Shown here one piece after another: positions 29,777 through 39,263 of a stretch of DNA of 49,256 nucleotides; the stretch's first letter is position 1; each line of letters begins with the position of its first letter. Source of the DNA: an uncultured Candidatus Peribacteria bacterium (GTDB taxonomy: Bacteria; Patescibacteriota; Gracilibacteria; Peribacterales; Peribacteraceae); NCBI GenBank assembly GCA_964448615.1, contig CAYUWH010000001.1, positions 54,146 to 103,401 on the forward strand, in the 5' to 3' direction. Below the pieces are notes generated by a model. The model had not been told where the DNA came from. It did no database searches and saw only the letters and a list, made by a program, of their open reading frames with translations. Position numbers and translations under genes: made by a program.

Positions 29777-30931
29777 ATGAAGTTCCTGTGCAAAACCTCG
29801 GATCTCTTACAGAGTCTGCAGCAAGTGAGTCGTGCAATTAGTTCACAACAAGCACTTCCGATTTTGGGAAATATTTTATGTAAAGTTTCAGGAACAAGCT
29901 GCACAGTGAGCGCGACGGATTTGGAACTCAGCATCATCACATCGTTTGACGCGAAGATTGAGCGCGAAGGAAGTATCACACTTCCCGCGAAAGCGATTTT
30001 AAACTTCGCGCAATACAACAGTGATCCGGATGTGACGATTGAAGTGGTGGATGGCACGCAAGTGAAACTGAGTTCGGCACATGGAAAATCGGTACTCTCC
30101 GGTGAGGCTGCGTCGCAGTATCCGGTGATTCCGGAAATTGAGCAGAAGACAGGGTTTTCATTGGAAGCAGGTTCTTTCCTGGAGGCATTGCATCTTGTGA
30201 CATTTGCTTCGGCAAAGACAAGTTTGCGTCCTGTTCTTTCGGGGGTGTTTCTGAAAATTGAGAAAGAGAACATGACGGTGGTGGCAACAGATAGTTATCG
30301 CTTATCGGAGTACAAACTTCCGTTACAGACGGCGGAAGAGCTTTCCTGTATCGTTCCGGTGAAAGTGTTGGAAGAATTGAAGACGGTGCTCGGTTCTAAA
30401 AAAGGAACGAGTACGAAAGATGTGGCCGAGGAAGGTGTGTCCAAAGAAAAATCCGTTCCCATGGTGGAGGTAAAATTGAGTCAGCAGCAAATTGAAATTC
30501 GTGCGGGCGGCACGCGCCTGATCTCGCGTCTTATTGAAGGAAAATTTCCGCCGTACCAAGAAATTATTCCAAAACAAACCGGAACCATGGTCACAATGTC
30601 GAACAAAGAATTGGCTGTTGCCGTGAAGCGCATGCACTACTTCGCGAAGGAGGTGAACAACAACATCACCTTCACCTTCGGGTCCGGCCAGGCGCATCTT
30701 GTCACCCCACAAACACCAATTGGAAAAGATGAAGCGACCATCACGGCGGAGACCGAAGGTGCTGAAGGAAAGATTGCGTTAAGCTCCTCGTACCTTTTGG
30801 ATTTTTTGGGACACATCGATGAGGATCAATTGAAGATCGCAGTGATGGACAGCATGCATCCAGCGGTGTTCCGGTTGCCTCTGAACGATAGGTTCTTGCA
30901 CCTTATAATGCCATTAAGGATCCAGGAATGA
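29777..30931 (+). CDS. dnaN: DNA polymerase III beta sliding clamp
   Basis: The protein is 384 aa with a three-domain clamp pattern and a typical N-terminus (MKF.C....L...L..V). Confidence 0.92.
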   Translation: MKFLCKTSDLLQSLQQVSRAISSQQALPILGNILCKVSGTSCTVSATDLELSIITSFDAKIEREGSITLPAKAILNFAQYNSDPDVTIEVVDGTQVKLSSAHGKSVLSGEAASQYPVIPEIEQKTGFSLEAGSFLEALHLVTFASAKTSLRPVLSGVFLKIEKENMTVVATDSYRLSEYKLPLQTAEELSCIVPVKVLEELKTVLGSKKGTSTKDVAEEGVSKEKSVPMVEVKLSQQQIEIRAGGTRLISRLIEGKFPPYQEIIPKQTGTMVTMSNKELAVAVKRMHYFAKEVNNNITFTFGSGQAHLVTPQTPIGKDEATITAETEGAEGKIALSSSYLLDFLGHIDEDQLKIAVMDSMHPAVFRLPLNDRFLHLIMPLRIQE

Positions 30932-30933
30932 CG

Positions 30934-31016
30934 TCGTCGTGTACTCGTATACTCGCACCTAAATTTCACTCATTCCGCACGAGTACACCAGTATACGAGT
31001 ATTCGAGTATACGAAG
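30934..31016. repeat. hairpin built from 8-9-nt tandem units (type D)
   Basis: The left arm is GTGTACTCG TATACTCG. The right arm is CGAGTACAC CAGTATACGAGTA TTCGAGTATACG. It lies immediately after the dnaN stop. Confidence 0.7.
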
Positions 31017-31120
31017 CCGTAAAACACCCTTGGCTTCCACCTGTGTTAGGTCTATAATACAATCAATCCCCCCCAGAGGATCCGCGACAAATTCGTCGCA
31101 TTTTTCTGTTTTTTAGGTAG

Positions 31121-34100
31121 ATGAAACCATCGCTCCTCATCGGTCGCGAAACACATCACGACCTTGCTAACCTGCTTCAGGCGCACGGGGATTTGGTGAT
31201 TTCCGGCGCTTCAAACGAAACCGCAAAGGCGATGCTGCTTTCACATATTCTTTCTTTCAAAGAATATCCGACGTTATTGGTGACGGAAGATGAAGCGACG
31301 ATGGAGGGGTGGCATCACTGGCTCGAGTTTTTTGGAAAGCGTGTTGCTCTTCTTCCACAGATCCTGACGGAAACCGAGAAGGGCGCGGAGCTTTCGGTGT
31401 ATGCGTTGCAGCAATTTTTGCGCTTCATGCAGGGTGAACAAGGCGTGTATTTGGCGCCGCGCGAGGTGTGGGATGCGCCGTTCCCGTTCTACAAAGAATT
31501 GGAAGATAATGCGGTTACGTTGAAGGTGGGCCAAGAAATCGCCTTTACCGGGTTTGTGGAACAGCTCTTGGAAAAGGGCTACACGCACAGCCCGGAGATC
31601 CGTCTGGAACCCGGAGAGTATCATCGCGCCGGAGATACGCTGGATATTTTTCCAATCCAATCGCTCTGCGCGATGCGGATCTTGTTCAAGTTTGACGTCA
31701 TTGAAAAAATTCTTGCCGTCGACAGTGATGATCCAAGCAAGGCGACGGATGCTGGGAAATCAATCTCGGTGTTCCCGGTCCATTACGAACGCACATCCCC
31801 ACTTGCATCACAGTTGCCGAAGGAATCGCTCCTCGTTCTCGACGATCAAGACGATACCGATAAACCTGAGAAGGTCCGGACATTGCGCTACACATCTTTT
31901 CCCGAAGCAGCCAAACACCACGCGCACCTCCGCTATCTCTCTGTCCTTAAGTTTTATACCCTCACAGACTTCCTCAACGATCTTAAAGACAAGCTCAATC
32001 AAGGATGGAGCCTCTTGATCGTGACGCGGCGTATCGAAGAATTGCGCAATATTTTCACGGAAGAGCACATTCCGTTTCATCAAGATGATGAGCGCAAGGC
32101 GGGAACGATCACGCTCGTGGAAAGCGGAGAAGAGGACTTGCTTCCCCACTCGATTCAAAATCCGGATCTGCACTGCGCGCTCCTCACCGACCGCGAAATT
32201 TTCAGTTTGCGCAAATCGGGCAAGCAGCGATCCGTGCAGAAGCTCGCGCTCGATTTCCTTACCTCGCTCTCGGCTGGCGATTACGTGGTGCACATGGAAC
32301 ACGGCATCGGACGCTTTGAAGGGATGACCCAGAAAGTGATCGATGAAACCACGCGCGAATATTTGGAACTCACCTACGCCGAGGGCGACAAACTCTTCGT
32401 CCCCGTCGACCAAGCCGACAAGCTCAGCAAGTACGTGCATGAGGAAGGCACGGAGCCGACGCTCACGCGTTTGGGTCAGAGCGAATGGAAGAAAGTCACC
32501 GAACGCATCAAGAAAGAAACAAAAGAAGTCGCGAAGGAATTGCTCGTGCTGTACGCCAAGCGTGCGCAGGCGAAGGGGTATGCGTTCAGTGATGACACGT
32601 CGGATTACAAAAAATTCGAAGAGGCGTTCCCCTACACCGAGACGCCCGGTCAGCGCAAAGCGATCGAAGATATTAAGCGCGACATGGAAGACACGCACCC
32701 GATGGATCGTCTCGTGTGCGGAGACGTGGGATTCGGCAAGACCGAAGTCGCGATGCGCGCCGCCTTCAAAGCGGTACAGGGCGGCAAGCAAGTCGCGGTC
32801 GTCGCGCCGATCACCATCTTGGCCGACCAGCACTACCACAACTTCCGCGAGCGCATGAAGGACTTTCCAGTGAGGATCGAAATGTTGAGCCGCTTCCGCA
32901 CCGCGAAAGAGCAAACCCAGATCATCGAAAAACTGCGCAAAGGAGATATCGACATCATCATCGGTACGCATCGCTTGCTCCAGGAAGATGTCGGATTTTT
33001 GAATCTGGGACTTGTTGTTGTGGATGAAGAGCAGAGATTCGGCGTGAAGCAGAAAGAGAAGTTCAAGCAGCTGCGCGCATCGGTGGATATTCTCACACTC
33101 ACCGCTACCCCGATTCCTCGCACGCTGAATTTAGGTCTGCACAAACTGCGCGACATCACCACGATCACCACGCCGCCGCCCGGCCGCCTGCCAATCATCA
33201 CCGAGGTTCGCAAGTATGCCGACGGCCTTATTCGTCAGGCCATCGTCACCGAGATCGAGCGCAAGGGACAGTGTTTCGTGCTGCACAATCGCGTGGAGAC
33301 GATCGATGCGTTCGCCATGAAACTCCGCCGCATCGTACCTGAGGCGAAATTCGTCGTCGCGCACGGTCAGCTCAAGCCGGAAGATTTGGAGTCCCGCATC
33401 CTCTCGTTCAAAGAAGGAAAGTTCGACGTACTCGTCAGCTCGACGATCATCGAGAACGGCATCGACCTCCCGCGCGCCAACACATTGATCGTGAACGAGG
33501 CCGAGCGCTTCGGCCTCGCGCAGCTGTACCAGCTCCGTGGACGCGTGGGACGCGGCAAGGTGCAGGCCTTCGCATATTTGCTCTACCATACCCAAAAATT
33601 AAAGGACGACGCTAAGAAGCGCCTCCGTGCGATCGTGGAGGCATGCGAGCTCGGCTCCGGCTTCCAGGTGGCGATGCGCGACTTGGAAATCCGCGGCGCG
33701 GGAGAAATTCTCGGCGTCAGTCAGTCGGGCACCATGCAGACCGTCGGCGTCAGCCACTACCTGCGCATGTTGAAAAACGCCGTGGAAGAATTGAAGGCCG
33801 GCGGCGATGCGGGAGCCGAGCTAGAAGAGAACGTGGAAATCCTGCTTCCGATCGAAGCGCTGTTGCCCTCGTACTACATCCCGGACAGCGGCGAGAAAAT
33901 TTCCGTCTACCAAAAGCTTGCGAGCAGCGAGAGCAATGAAATGTTGGATGAATTCGAAGTGGACCTGCGCGAGGAATACGGCGAGTTGCCGCGCCAAGTA
34001 AAAAACCTGTTTGCGGTCTTGCGTCTCAAGCTTGTCTGCCGCAAAGCCGGTGTTGTCCGCATCAAGGCCGAAGAGCGCGGACGTGATGGCAAGGATATCG

Positions 34101-34333
34101 TCCTCACCCTCTCCCCCCGCGTGACGGCCGCCGAGATCATGAAGCTCCTCCAGCTCAATCCTCAATGGAAAATCAGCTCCAATACCCTGCGTATCGCTGA
34201 ATCTGAATTAGCTCGTAAGGCTGGCAAAACCGATTGGATGCCGGAATTGACCTCAGAAATTGCGGTCTTGGAGAGAGTAAAACCCGTCAAAGCGGCGAAA
34301 AAGACGAAAGATGAGGATTTTGAGGAGGAATAA
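31121..34333 (+). CDS. mfd: transcription-repair coupling factor
   Basis: The protein is 1070 aa. It has a CarD-like region, the helicase motifs GDVGFGKTEVA and DEEQRFGV, and a TRG/C-terminal domain. Confidence 0.95.
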   Translation: MKPSLLIGRETHHDLANLLQAHGDLVISGASNETAKAMLLSHILSFKEYPTLLVTEDEATMEGWHHWLEFFGKRVALLPQILTETEKGAELSVYALQQFLRFMQGEQGVYLAPREVWDAPFPFYKELEDNAVTLKVGQEIAFTGFVEQLLEKGYTHSPEIRLEPGEYHRAGDTLDIFPIQSLCAMRILFKFDVIEKILAVDSDDPSKATDAGKSISVFPVHYERTSPLASQLPKESLLVLDDQDDTDKPEKVRTLRYTSFPEAAKHHAHLRYLSVLKFYTLTDFLNDLKDKLNQGWSLLIVTRRIEELRNIFTEEHIPFHQDDERKAGTITLVESGEEDLLPHSIQNPDLHCALLTDREIFSLRKSGKQRSVQKLALDFLTSLSAGDYVVHMEHGIGRFEGMTQKVIDETTREYLELTYAEGDKLFVPVDQADKLSKYVHEEGTEPTLTRLGQSEWKKVTERIKKETKEVAKELLVLYAKRAQAKGYAFSDDTSDYKKFEEAFPYTETPGQRKAIEDIKRDMEDTHPMDRLVCGDVGFGKTEVAMRAAFKAVQGGKQVAVVAPITILADQHYHNFRERMKDFPVRIEMLSRFRTAKEQTQIIEKLRKGDIDIIIGTHRLLQEDVGFLNLGLVVVDEEQRFGVKQKEKFKQLRASVDILTLTATPIPRTLNLGLHKLRDITTITTPPPGRLPIITEVRKYADGLIRQAIVTEIERKGQCFVLHNRVETIDAFAMKLRRIVPEAKFVVAHGQLKPEDLESRILSFKEGKFDVLVSSTIIENGIDLPRANTLIVNEAERFGLAQLYQLRGRVGRGKVQAFAYLLYHTQKLKDDAKKRLRAIVEACELGSGFQVAMRDLEIRGAGEILGVSQSGTMQTVGVSHYLRMLKNAVEELKAGGDAGAELEENVEILLPIEALLPSYYIPDSGEKISVYQKLASSESNEMLDEFEVDLREEYGELPRQVKNLFAVLRLKLVCRKAGVVRIKAEERGRDGKDIVLTLSPRVTAAEIMKLLQLNPQWKISSNTLRIAESELARKAGKTDWMPELTSEIAVLERVKPVKAAKKTKDEDFEEE

Positions 34334-34355
34334 TTGCGCAATTGCTTAAAGTATT

Positions 34356-34384
34356 TTGCGTCAAAACGCGTTTTCATGTATAAT
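34356..34384 (+). promoter_or_regulatory. promoter of the 901-aa gene with embedded palindrome
   Basis: The promoter is TTGCGT (34356-61), N17, TATAAT (34379-84). The spacer contains the 12-bp perfect palindrome AAAACGCGTTTT (34363-74). The ATG lies 11 nt after the -10 box. Confidence 0.65.
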
Positions 34385-34395
34385 AAAAAGATTTC

Positions 34396-37101
34396 ATGTG
34401 TCACATCCACAACCAATTCGGCACACAAGTACCAGGACGTGAACAACGTTTAGTATTTTTGGCGAATGAAGGCGCGCCTCTTAGCAGATTGCTCGGGCTC
34501 GGCATGATGTCGATTGACGAGCATATGGCGCTCAAGGAATCACCCGAACTTTTTGCAAAACACAACACTGAAGCGCGGCAGAAAAATGCGACCCAAGAAA
34601 CGCAAAAAACCCAGGATCTCTTGAAAAATATCGCCCAAAGAGCGTTCGATCGCGAAGTGAATGAAAAAAAGCGCTCCCCGGAAGATGCGTTGAGGGCAAT
34701 AAAATTGTGGTTCCATGACATTGCGGAAGTTCGCTTGGTTGCGTTCCGCCTTGGCGCGGATGGCAAGACATTGGAAGTAATACCGGCGCCCAAGGAAATC
34801 ACGGAAATCCCTGATGCGAACAACACCCAGACTTCTTTGCTTGAAGCACAAACAAAAGAGGCCGAGAAAAAGTACCGCGATATTGCATGGAGCGCTGATG
34901 TTACCCCGCAACAAAAACTCGATGCCTTTTCCGCGATGCAGGCTGCTCGCGAGGCCGAGCTGAGCCACTTGAAAGCGTCGTTGGTGACCGACCTCTCTCA
35001 CATTCCTGCTGAGCAACGGACGATGAACACGATGAGAGAATGGCGAATTAATGAGATCAATATTTACCATCCGTCCGACGAAAAAAACAGAGATACCCTC
35101 AAGAAAAATATCGAGATCGCCGCGCGTGCAGAAAGGCTTGAAAAGGCTAAGGCCGAGACGGTGAAAACAACTGCCGCATTGTGGGATGCCGGATTTACTA
35201 TGCGGACCACAACGGTGACGGAAACAGTGCCGGCCCGTTCAAGAACGCATTATGAATTTTTCACCGGGCAGTCAAAACCCAAGCCTACCTCCGTTGAAAA
35301 ACAAGTGACCAATACAGTGAAGCGCAACTTGGAAGAGCGCCGTGAGCCCAAATACAGAGAAGCACTTATGGCACACATCAACGCATCCAAGGCGGAGATC
35401 GCGATCATTGCGGAGAAGGGGCTCATGGAGGGGGGCTTGAGCAAAGAGGAGCAAGATCGCGTTGCATTGCTGCAGGCATCACTGGAAAAACATGAAGAGG
35501 ATTTAAAGGAGATTCAATCAAGCCTGGTGCTGACGCAGGAGGAGGAAGATGAACGTGCCCTGTCTCCCTCTGATCGTCGCAAGCGCGCGGGTCTTCAGTT
35601 GTTGCGAAAAGCCATGAATGATAAGACCGTGAATGTGAACATTAGTGATGATGAATCCAGGGTGACTATCGTTGGGCACAAAGGAAAAGATTGGATGGAA
35701 TTGGAATTCACGGGGGACAAATGGCAATTAACAAATGTGAACAGTTATCGCACGGAACCTGCACCCGATGGGCTTTTGAATGAGGGATATAAAATGATCA
35801 ATCGCATTACAGACATGGATTCTGCGGGAAAGGTGTTTATCGGAAGCATTGATTATTCTGTTGTTGGTACGCATAAGTTCATAACAGGCTATGATTTTGA
35901 GAAAGAAAGAAACAAGTCCGCAGTGCTTTGTAATCAAATTGCAAAAGGCTGTTTGGCCCTCAACGATCTCGATTTCGCAGCACCCAAGCCGACAACCGCT
36001 TCGCATCTCGCAGTCAGGCCCATTCCACTTGATCCGCCAAAACCTGAGGTAATTGATGCACAAAGACAGAGTGCGCTGAAGGGGAAGACCGAAGCGCTTT
36101 CGGCGACTTGGAACACTGAAAGAAAGAAAGAAGATCTCTCCGCACAAGAAAAATTGTGGATCCTCGATCCCCTTATTGCAGCTACGGAGGAAGAATTGCG
36201 TCTCCATCAAAGTGCTTCCAAGCAGGATGATGCTGTGCAGGAGAGAATGAAAGTGCTTCAGCGTTTGCTGGATCAATGCATGGCGGACCGGGCGGGGCTT
36301 ATGAAATTTAAATGCAAAGAGTCCACCGATGCCGCCGAAAAGACCCATAAAGAAAAGCCCACCCCAGAGACGTGGCGTGTTCTTGTCGACAATGCGATGG
36401 TGGAACGAAATGTTCTTCTCAGTTTCCCGTCTGGCTCGGACTATGAAGTGGAACGTCTTGCAGTCCTTAAAACACTAATGGATGAAGGACAGACACATGA
36501 AGAATCAGCAACTCCCCAAGAAACGGCGGCAATCACGAAAGAAATTATGGTGGCAAGAACAGCTTCTCAAAAAGCGGAAGATCGCATGCGCGTCCTCTTG
36601 ACGATGTTCCAGCCGATGGATGGCCGCAAGGTGTCCTTTCCTGCAGGGGTGGCGGCTTACTATCTTGCGGTGAAAGACGATATCGTCAGAGCGCATGACA
36701 TGGAGTATCGCGCGCTCTTGCGGCAGTCTCCGGCTACGAGAAAAGCTACAGGAAATGCGGAGCGATTCTCCCAATTAGAGAAGGCTATCCCACAAGAAAT
36801 AGCCGATCGTGAGCAGCAGTACGCATTGATGTTGATGGATAAATCCAATACGGCATCGAAGATTGTGGAGCAGCGTAGAAAAAACAATCCTCAAATGCTG
36901 CCCGATGCCCTTGCTCATTGTGTGAAGACGTTGCAAGTAGAATATGAGAACTTTCAGGCAAAGAGGCATGAACCGGAAGAGCGGCACCAAGCGGATCTTG
37001 GTCGCGCAAGGCTTTTGTTGTCCATCATTAAGGATATGCGCAAAGAGCGGCAGGATTTGCTCCAAAAAGCCCTGACAAGCCAAGGGAATGGCGGGGCGTA
37101 A
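34396..37101 (+). CDS. large orphan protein (901 aa), predicted mostly helical, no signal peptide or TM
   Basis: The ORF is long and intact with its own promoter. It shares two modules with the 431-aa ORF at 37523-38818. Confidence 0.75.
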   Translation: MCHIHNQFGTQVPGREQRLVFLANEGAPLSRLLGLGMMSIDEHMALKESPELFAKHNTEARQKNATQETQKTQDLLKNIAQRAFDREVNEKKRSPEDALRAIKLWFHDIAEVRLVAFRLGADGKTLEVIPAPKEITEIPDANNTQTSLLEAQTKEAEKKYRDIAWSADVTPQQKLDAFSAMQAAREAELSHLKASLVTDLSHIPAEQRTMNTMREWRINEINIYHPSDEKNRDTLKKNIEIAARAERLEKAKAETVKTTAALWDAGFTMRTTTVTETVPARSRTHYEFFTGQSKPKPTSVEKQVTNTVKRNLEERREPKYREALMAHINASKAEIAIIAEKGLMEGGLSKEEQDRVALLQASLEKHEEDLKEIQSSLVLTQEEEDERALSPSDRRKRAGLQLLRKAMNDKTVNVNISDDESRVTIVGHKGKDWMELEFTGDKWQLTNVNSYRTEPAPDGLLNEGYKMINRITDMDSAGKVFIGSIDYSVVGTHKFITGYDFEKERNKSAVLCNQIAKGCLALNDLDFAAPKPTTASHLAVRPIPLDPPKPEVIDAQRQSALKGKTEALSATWNTERKKEDLSAQEKLWILDPLIAATEEELRLHQSASKQDDAVQERMKVLQRLLDQCMADRAGLMKFKCKESTDAAEKTHKEKPTPETWRVLVDNAMVERNVLLSFPSGSDYEVERLAVLKTLMDEGQTHEESATPQETAAITKEIMVARTASQKAEDRMRVLLTMFQPMDGRKVSFPAGVAAYYLAVKDDIVRAHDMEYRALLRQSPATRKATGNAERFSQLEKAIPQEIADREQQYALMLMDKSNTASKIVEQRRKNNPQMLPDALAHCVKTLQVEYENFQAKRHEPEERHQADLGRARLLLSIIKDMRKERQDLLQKALTSQGNGGA

Positions 37102-37113
37102 CAGTGCTTTAGT

Positions 37114-37142
37114 TTGCTCTAAAACGCGTTATAAGGTATAAT
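37114..37142 (+). promoter_or_regulatory. promoter of the 119/431-aa operon, paralogous to 34356-34384
   Basis: The promoter is TTGCTC (37114-19), N17, TATAAT (37137-42). AAAACGCGTT lies at 37121-30, in exactly the same register relative to the -35 box as in the 901-aa promoter. Confidence 0.65.
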
Positions 37143-37161
37143 GAAATGATTTATTCGCTCT

Positions 37162-37521
37162 ATGGACCCAACACAAACAACCGCCGGCGACCCATCCGAT
37201 GCTTCCTCTAACCCACTGGTACGTGGGCAGGAGATTTACGATCAGATCATGGCAGAAGTGGAGCCTGAGTTGGTGACCGCGACATTGGCAACGCTGGGCG
37301 AAAAATACAAAGACGAAACGCCGGAGCAGGCCCAAGCACGCGCCGTGCGTTACGAGGCGGCTTTTGCGGAGTACGACAAGCGCTACGCAACCTACATGGC
37401 AGATCTCTCTGGCAAAGTTCATTCCCTCCAGCGCACAGTGCGTGCGGGTATTGAGACGGATGATCGAAAAGAGGAAGAGAATGCGCTGACTTCTTTGGAA
37501 AATTCCATTACATCCGCCTGA
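37162..37521 (+). CDS. small acidic helical protein (119 aa)
   Basis: Its stop lies 1 nt before the start of the 431-aa ORF, indicating translational coupling. No known motif is recognised. Confidence 0.6.
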   Translation: MDPTQTTAGDPSDASSNPLVRGQEIYDQIMAEVEPELVTATLATLGEKYKDETPEQAQARAVRYEAAFAEYDKRYATYMADLSGKVHSLQRTVRAGIETDDRKEEENALTSLENSITSA

Positions 37522-37522
37522 T

Positions 37523-38818
37523 ATGCGTTTCACCTTTCCACAATTCTCGGTGTCGTTCGCAGAGCGGAGGATGGTGTGGTATGGCCCTGAAGCGCCACCG
37601 CCTGTTCCCGCCACGCCGGAGGCTACCGCTGATCGCCCCAAAATGGATTTAACGGCACTGCGAAATAACGCAGAAGTACGTGGTAAAAGTGCGGGAGAAG
37701 CCACTAAGGCTCACGAGAAAACATTGGAGGATCTTGCGCAGAAACACTTCGATATCTTAGTGAAAAAGATAAAACCGGAAGAGGCTGTCAAGCAAATCCA
37801 GGATGAATTCAAAGCCGAAGGTATTCAACTCGTGAATGTCCGCCTCGCGCCTGATGGAAAGACTCTTCAGGTTACGCCCGCGAAGCCGCTTTCTCCCACA
37901 GCTCAAGAGCTGAAAAATTTGGGAGAAGAATTGAAGACCCAGATTGAAGCCTTGAAAGATCCGGGTGATCCCAACGATAAGCTGGGTAATCTTGCAAATA
38001 AGGCAGGAGCGATTATGGCGATTCTCGGCACGATGACCAAAATGATGGAGGTCGCGACGAAGGGCGTAAAACCGGTAGAAATGCTTACGCAGAGAATGGA
38101 GGATGTGCAGGATCCGGAAGCGGAAGGAAAGAAGGTCGCCGCGGAATTGCAAAAACTCTCAGGATTGCCTCCCACTGAAGCGATCAATACTCAGATAAAA
38201 ACGCTGCGCACGTATCAGGCGGAACTCGTCAAAGAGCAGGCCAAACGCACGAAGCTCGTTACTGATAATGCTAATGGTAAAACGATGAAACTTGCGGGCG
38301 GGGTGATTTCCATTGATTTCGCGGATGAGACAGCCGTCGGGCAGATTAAAAACATTTTCGAGGCAAAAAAGGAATTGATTCAAAGCTCCGCCTTTAAAAC
38401 TGAGGGTAAAACATTGAATATCACGGTTCCCCCGAACTTTTGGCAGAGTGCCAATAGCCCTGGTGTTATCATTCAGGCGATTGCAAGTATGGATGGCAGA
38501 AGTACTGCTGAAACCTTGAATAGTGATATTACGAAGTTCAAGGGTATTGAGTTGATGAAAAATTCAGGGTTGCCTCCCGCTACAGTGGGTTTGCTAGATA
38601 CATACACGATTCCAGTTGCAGAAGGCGGCGACTACCCTAACTTAGAACTGAGATATTCTCCAGGAGAGGGAGGATGGTTACTGAATAATGCGGATGCACA
38701 ATTTACGCCGGTGGCACGGCCTGATAAAGATTTATATCAGAATGCGCCAACAGGTTCTGCAAAAGAGAAGGCCAACACACTGATCAAAGCGATCCTTGCG
38801 CTGAATCCACAAAAATAA
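37523..38818 (+). CDS. orphan protein (431 aa), paralogue of the 901-aa protein
   Basis: The shared N-module reads EDLAQKHFD..PEEAVKQI....VRLAPDGKTLQVTPAKP, against KNIAQRAFD..PEDALRAI....FRLGADGKTLEVIPAPK in the 901-aa protein. The shared C-module reads LELRYSPGEGGWLLNN....ANTLIKAILALN, against MELEFTGDKWQLTNVN....CNQIAKGCLALN. Confidence 0.75.
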   Translation: MRFTFPQFSVSFAERRMVWYGPEAPPPVPATPEATADRPKMDLTALRNNAEVRGKSAGEATKAHEKTLEDLAQKHFDILVKKIKPEEAVKQIQDEFKAEGIQLVNVRLAPDGKTLQVTPAKPLSPTAQELKNLGEELKTQIEALKDPGDPNDKLGNLANKAGAIMAILGTMTKMMEVATKGVKPVEMLTQRMEDVQDPEAEGKKVAAELQKLSGLPPTEAINTQIKTLRTYQAELVKEQAKRTKLVTDNANGKTMKLAGGVISIDFADETAVGQIKNIFEAKKELIQSSAFKTEGKTLNITVPPNFWQSANSPGVIIQAIASMDGRSTAETLNSDITKFKGIELMKNSGLPPATVGLLDTYTIPVAEGGDYPNLELRYSPGEGGWLLNNADAQFTPVARPDKDLYQNAPTGSAKEKANTLIKAILALNPQK

Positions 38819-38829
38819 GCGTTCGTCGC

Positions 38830-39162
38830 CTATGCCGCGACGTGTCGCCCTTGGAGTTCGATGGGATGCTGATTCATCTTGCTCAAGATTTCCCACACTT
38901 TGTGATACACAAATCGTTGCAGTTTTACCGGTAATTGCCGGATTGTTTCTTGTATGAACTCAGGATTACAGTCGGGACCCATTGGTGCGAGCAGCGCTTG
39001 CAACCGGTGTTCCAAGCGTTCACGGGAAGTTTCCAGGATCACGACAAACGCATCGAGTGCCGCTTCATGCAGCGCTTCAGCGTGTTCCGCCAGACAGAGA
39101 GAATCAGGGCGAATACTCATAGGCACATGAAATGCCTGCTTTATCTTATCTCCAATTGACAA
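38830..39162 (-). CDS. hypothetical protein (96-110 aa)
   Basis: The ORF is convergent with the 431-aa gene. The start is either the TTG at 39162 or the ATG at 39120. No motif is recognised. Confidence 0.4.
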   Translation of the reverse strand: MSIGDKIKQAFHVPMSIRPDSLCLAEHAEALHEAALDAFVVILETSRERLEHRLQALLAPMGPDCNPEFIQETIRQLPVKLQRFVYHKVWEILSKMNQHPIELQGRHVAA

Positions 39163-39263
39163 ATTTATATTTCATTTTGCCAAGTGATTAAATGTACCAT
39201 ATTCTCTTTCAGAGAAAATCGTTCTTTCGCAGCATTTCTGTTTTCAGGGAAAGGAATTCGCAC

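Noticed and set aside
31053-31115. A possible attenuator or terminator in the mfd leader (GCGAC-AAATTC-GTCGC followed by T-runs).
   Set aside because: The stem is only 5 bp and weak. It may simply be the dnaN terminator or AT-rich spacer, and the evidence is insufficient.
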